From NCBI GenBank assembly GCA_963775425.1, contig CAVZJB010000003.1, positions 416,001 to 480,000 on the forward strand: a DNA stretch of 64,000 nucleotides. Reading direction: 5' to 3'. Within the stretch, counting starts at the first letter, position 1, and each line of letters opens with the position of its first letter. The notes beneath the pieces are model-generated. The model did no database searches. It was not told where the DNA came from and worked only from the letters and a program-made list of their open reading frames with translations. Source of the DNA: an uncultured delta proteobacterium. GTDB lineage: Bacteria > Myxococcota > UBA727 > VGSZ01. Both the position numbers and the translations under genes were made by a program. This document shows positions 60,707 to 64,000 of the stretch, piece by piece.

Positions 60707-60880
60707 ATGCGCACCCTCCGCTCCGTCGTGGTTTTCCCCGTTTTCGGGCTCGTGGTGCTGCTCCCGAAGATCCAGATCCTGTGGTGGAGCCTCGGCCACG
60801 GGCTCGCCCTGTCCGATCCCGGCGCGCACGGCATCGAGCCGGACATCGACCTTCTGGACGACTACTGCCGCCCGGTCTGA
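60707..60880 (+). CDS. 57-aa small protein (hydrophobic N-half, acidic C-tail ending DLLDDYCRPV), candidate precursor or membrane peptide
   Basis: Read manually: MRTLRSVVVFPVFGLVVLLPKIQILWWSLGHGLALSDPGAHGIEPDIDLLDDYCRPV. Strong GC3 bias, GAGG upstream, stop 20 bp before the next start. Confidence 0.65.
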   Translation: MRTLRSVVVFPVFGLVVLLPKIQILWWSLGHGLALSDPGAHGIEPDIDLLDDYCRPV

Positions 60881-60900
60881 GCCCGCGCTAGCGTCAGCCG

Positions 60901-63849
60901 ATGCCGCGTTGGCAGCTCGCCGTCGACCCCGAGGTCCACCCGGGACCCGCGCTGGTGCACCCGGTCACCGACGCATCGGTGCCGGTGCCGGACGCGTTCC
61001 TCGACGTGCTCCCCTACGCCGCGCGGCCGTTCACCGCCCGTGAGCTGTGCGAGCGGAGCGGGGCGCCGCTGTCGCCGGCGGCGGTGGAGCAGGTGCTCCA
61101 CGAGCTGCGCGTGGCGGGCCTGGTGGTGCCCGCGTCGACCGTCGCCGATCGCGTGGCGCGTGGGGCGCTCAACCCGTGGCGCGTGCTGGGGCTCCCGGCG
61201 GTGGGGCTGCCGCTGCTCGTCGCGTGCGCGCTCGGGGTGGCGCTGCAGCTTCAGTCCGTCCTCTTCTTCGCGCGCGAGGCGCTCCACGGGATGCGTGGCT
61301 CGGTGGTGGTGCCGCTCGTCATCGCCGTGATCGTGGTGCCGGCGGCGCGGGCGCTGTTTCGCGCTCAGGTGCTGCAGGCGACGGCGCGGCGGGCGCGCGT
61401 CCGGCTGCGCGGCGTGATCCCGACATGGGAGCTCGAGCACCCGCTGCCGGCCACGCGGGCGGGGGCGGCGCTGGCGCACCTGTCGGGGTTCCTGTTCGAC
61501 GGCATCGTCATCAACGTCTGCGCGCTGTCGATGCACGCGAAGCCCTTCGAGCTCGGCTACGCCGACGTCGACACGCCGGTGGCGTTTCTCGTCGTGACCA
61601 CGTCGCTGGCGCTCATCGCCGCCAACCCGCTCGCCAAGTACGACGCGTACTTCGCGCTCGAGCAACTGCTCGGCGTCGCCGATCTCCGCGGGCACGCGCG
61701 CGCGCGCCTGTTCCAGTTGCTGTCCCGGCGGCGCTTCGACGCGCCGACGCTGTTGTACGCGCTCTACTTCGTCGCGAGCCTGCTGTACTCGCTCGCCATC
61801 AGCGCGGTCCTGCTGTTCGTGGCGTACGGCTTCGCCTCGGGCCTGTTCCCCGCCGACCGCACGCTGCGCCTCGGCGTGGCCGCGGGGCTCGTGGGCCTGG
61901 TGTTGTGGCGCGCGGTGCGCACGGTGCATCGCCCGGTGGTGCGCGCGCTGGCGGCGCGACGGCGCAAGCTGGAGCCGGTGACGGAGGGGACGTCGCCGCT
62001 GCCGGCGCCGTCGGCGACGTTCACGCCGTCTTTGCACCCGTCGGAGGGCTTTCCGTTTTCGTTCGCGCTCGTCGAGTCCGTCGAGGAGCGCATGCACGAC
62101 TTCTCGTCGCTCGCGCCCAGGATCGACGTCATCGTGGTGCGCGCCGGCGCGGTGGGGGCGGGGCTCGACCTCGACGCGCCCGCCGTGCGCGCGCTGTCGT
62201 CGCGGCTGTTCGCGCAGCCGCCGCGGGCGCTCGGGGAGGTCGAGCGCGAGGCGCTGACGTTGGCGGCGGCGGCGGAGGCGACGTTGCCGCTCGAGCGGTA
62301 CGAGCCGGTGCCGCGGGTGTCGCTCCTCGACGGGACCTTCAAGCACGGGACGCTCGACGTCGCTGCGCGCGTGCGCTCGGCGTCGGAGCTCGACGTGCTG
62401 CGAGGGTTGTTCGCGCCGCTGCGCTCTCGACACGTGGTCGAGCGCGACCGCATCGCGCTGGTGTTCCGCGACAAGGCCACGGATCGCTTCAGCCACTTCG
62501 TCCTCGTCGACGAAAACGACGACGCAGGCCTCCGGCTGCGGCTCGATGGCCTGCGCCGCTGCCTCGAGCGCGCCGGGCCGAGAGGGGCCGTGCCGGCGCG
62601 CTCCGTCGACGCCGCCCCGGGCGCGCCCGCCGCGCTCGACGTCCCCGCCGACGTCACGCTCGCCGGGGTCGCGGCCGACGCGAGCGCCGCGCGCGCCCTG
62701 GTCGCCCGCAGCGCGGGGCGCGCGCCGGCGGCTCGCGCGGCACCCGCGCGCGCCGCGCTCGACGCGCTCGGGCCCGCGCAGGGGGCGTCGTCACCGAAGG
62801 TCGACGGCGCGCTGCGCGTGGCGGCGCAGTTGCGGCGCAGCTCCGCCGAGCTCCTCGCCTTCGCCGGTTGCCGCGCCGTGCTCACGCCCGTCGACGTCGA
62901 CGTCGTGCCCGCCGCCGCGCTGGCGTGGGGCCTCGACGCCGGGCTGTTCTTCCCCGAGACGCGCGACGGAAAGACGCGGCTCGGCTGCCAGATCCGTTGC
63001 CCCACGCTCGTCATCCCCACGGGCCCGCAGGGGGCGCCCACCGGGCTCAAGCTGCGCATGCTCGCCGCCGAGCCGTTCGAGCCCGGGCGCCGCTGGGCCG
63101 CCCCCCTCGCGCGCTACGAGCTGCTCTCGCCGCACAGGAACTTCCTCGGCGGCGCCGACGTCGACGCCGCGGACCTGCCGGTGTGGATCGGCGACGGCGG
63201 GGCGGGCGACAGCGTCTTCGTCTTCGACGGAGAGCTCAAGGCCGCGGCCTGCCGTCACCTCCTCGACCTGCCGTCGCTGTCCACCGGCGGCTTCAACCAC
63301 CCGTTTCAGGCCGCGCTCGCCAAGCACCTCGCCGGCCGCGCCGAGCCGTCCATCAGCTTCGTTCTCGACGACGAGCAGACGGTCTACCGGCGCGGGCGCA
63401 CCGATCAGCTCCTCGACCCCGTCGTGCGCACGCTCCAGCTCGCGTGGCGGACCCGGGCCCTGCGGCCGAGCGCCAGGATCCGCGTCATGCGCGGGCTGTC
63501 GCAGGACGGCACGAAGCTCGATCTCGACGAGGTCGCCGGGCTCGCCGCCGGTCCCCGCGACGAGGCGCTGCGCGCGTTTCGCGGCAACACCGCCGACGCC
63601 GTCGACGCCGGCGCCCTCCTCGACGCCCCCGACGTCGGCCCCTACGTCGAGGCGCTCTGCGCGTTCTCCGATCGCTTCTACGGCGCCCTCGACGAGATCA
63701 AGCGCGCCCGCGCCCGCGGCAGCAGCGCGGAGGTGCGCGCCCTGTCGCGCTCGCTCGTCGAGCTGTACGAAGCGCGCAAGCGCCTCTCGTCGCTCGCCGC
63801 CGCCGCGCGCGACCATGTGCGCAAGGCGCTGCGGACCCGCCGCGCATGA
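60901..63849 (+). CDS. Multidomain membrane protein: wHTH/RRE-like + M50-like membrane domain lacking HExxH + TOPRIM (DUF3854-like) domain
   Basis: TARELC...VEQVLHELRVAGLV; several TM segments with NPLAKYDAYFALEQLLGVADLR; LVIP..GLKLR, FDGELKAAA, FVLDDE and KLDLDE. Confidence 0.6.
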   Translation: MPRWQLAVDPEVHPGPALVHPVTDASVPVPDAFLDVLPYAARPFTARELCERSGAPLSPAAVEQVLHELRVAGLVVPASTVADRVARGALNPWRVLGLPAVGLPLLVACALGVALQLQSVLFFAREALHGMRGSVVVPLVIAVIVVPAARALFRAQVLQATARRARVRLRGVIPTWELEHPLPATRAGAALAHLSGFLFDGIVINVCALSMHAKPFELGYADVDTPVAFLVVTTSLALIAANPLAKYDAYFALEQLLGVADLRGHARARLFQLLSRRRFDAPTLLYALYFVASLLYSLAISAVLLFVAYGFASGLFPADRTLRLGVAAGLVGLVLWRAVRTVHRPVVRALAARRRKLEPVTEGTSPLPAPSATFTPSLHPSEGFPFSFALVESVEERMHDFSSLAPRIDVIVVRAGAVGAGLDLDAPAVRALSSRLFAQPPRALGEVEREALTLAAAAEATLPLERYEPVPRVSLLDGTFKHGTLDVAARVRSASELDVLRGLFAPLRSRHVVERDRIALVFRDKATDRFSHFVLVDENDDAGLRLRLDGLRRCLERAGPRGAVPARSVDAAPGAPAALDVPADVTLAGVAADASAARALVARSAGRAPAARAAPARAALDALGPAQGASSPKVDGALRVAAQLRRSSAELLAFAGCRAVLTPVDVDVVPAAALAWGLDAGLFFPETRDGKTRLGCQIRCPTLVIPTGPQGAPTGLKLRMLAAEPFEPGRRWAAPLARYELLSPHRNFLGGADVDAADLPVWIGDGGAGDSVFVFDGELKAAACRHLLDLPSLSTGGFNHPFQAALAKHLAGRAEPSISFVLDDEQTVYRRGRTDQLLDPVVRTLQLAWRTRALRPSARIRVMRGLSQDGTKLDLDEVAGLAAGPRDEALRAFRGNTADAVDAGALLDAPDVGPYVEALCAFSDRFYGALDEIKRARARGSSAEVRALSRSLVELYEARKRLSSLAAAARDHVRKALRTRRA

Positions 63850-64000
63850 TCGCCTCCGTGACGTGCCTCGTCGTGCTGTCCGCGGGCGTCGCCGCCGCCG
63901 CGCCCGCCTTCCCCCACTGCACGCCGGCCGGCTGCGTAGCCTTCTCCCCGTTCGACGACGTCACGGCGGCCTTCACGGGCACCATCGCGGCGGCCAGGAA
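63846..64000 (+). CDS. N-terminus of a secreted protein, possibly phospholipase D/Nuc-like (runs off window)
   Basis: ATGA overlap; signal-like MIASVTCLVVLSAGVAAA; VAFSPFDDVTAAFTGTIAAAR resembles the start of PLD domains. No HKD motif is visible in the window. Confidence 0.45.
   Translation, partial: MIASVTCLVVLSAGVAAAAPAFPHCTPAGCVAFSPFDDVTAAFTGTIAAAR

Noticed and set aside
60901-63849. TOPRIM-like domain as evidence of an integrated plasmid or prophage
   Set aside because: No integrase, helicase, att site or compositional shift is visible in the window.

Overview
64-kb chromosomal window from a very GC-rich bacterium whose gene content points to Myxococcota: an MglA-family GTPase, a TsaP-like LysM protein, an mts-type thrombospondin/VWA surface locus, MYXO-CTERM tails, an FHA-sigma54 activator, a Hanks kinase and a STAND-TPR-wHTH regulator. 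About 50 CDS are supported. I saw no rRNA, tRNA, CRISPR array or mobile element. Most very long ORFs in the track are antisense or off-frame shadows. The best candidates for undescribed systems are: (1) 43069-46208 (-), a translationally coupled four-gene block with three highly diverged, apparently GTPase-dead EF-Tu-like proteins around a GNAT acetyltransferase; (2) 57825-64000, a STAND regulator divergent from a 57-aa small ORF absent from the ORF track, followed by a 982-aa RRE-like/inactive M50-like/TOPRIM-like fusion and a secreted PLD-like gene. Other points: a candidate sigma54 promoter with phased palindromic sites upstream of mtsC, a triple GA-rich hairpin repeat behind the mtsC terminator, a frameshifted cpoB/ybgF, a Dictyostelium-type MBL-cNMP phosphodiesterase and poly-GE lipoproteins. 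All family calls come from recognising motifs by eye, not from database searches.
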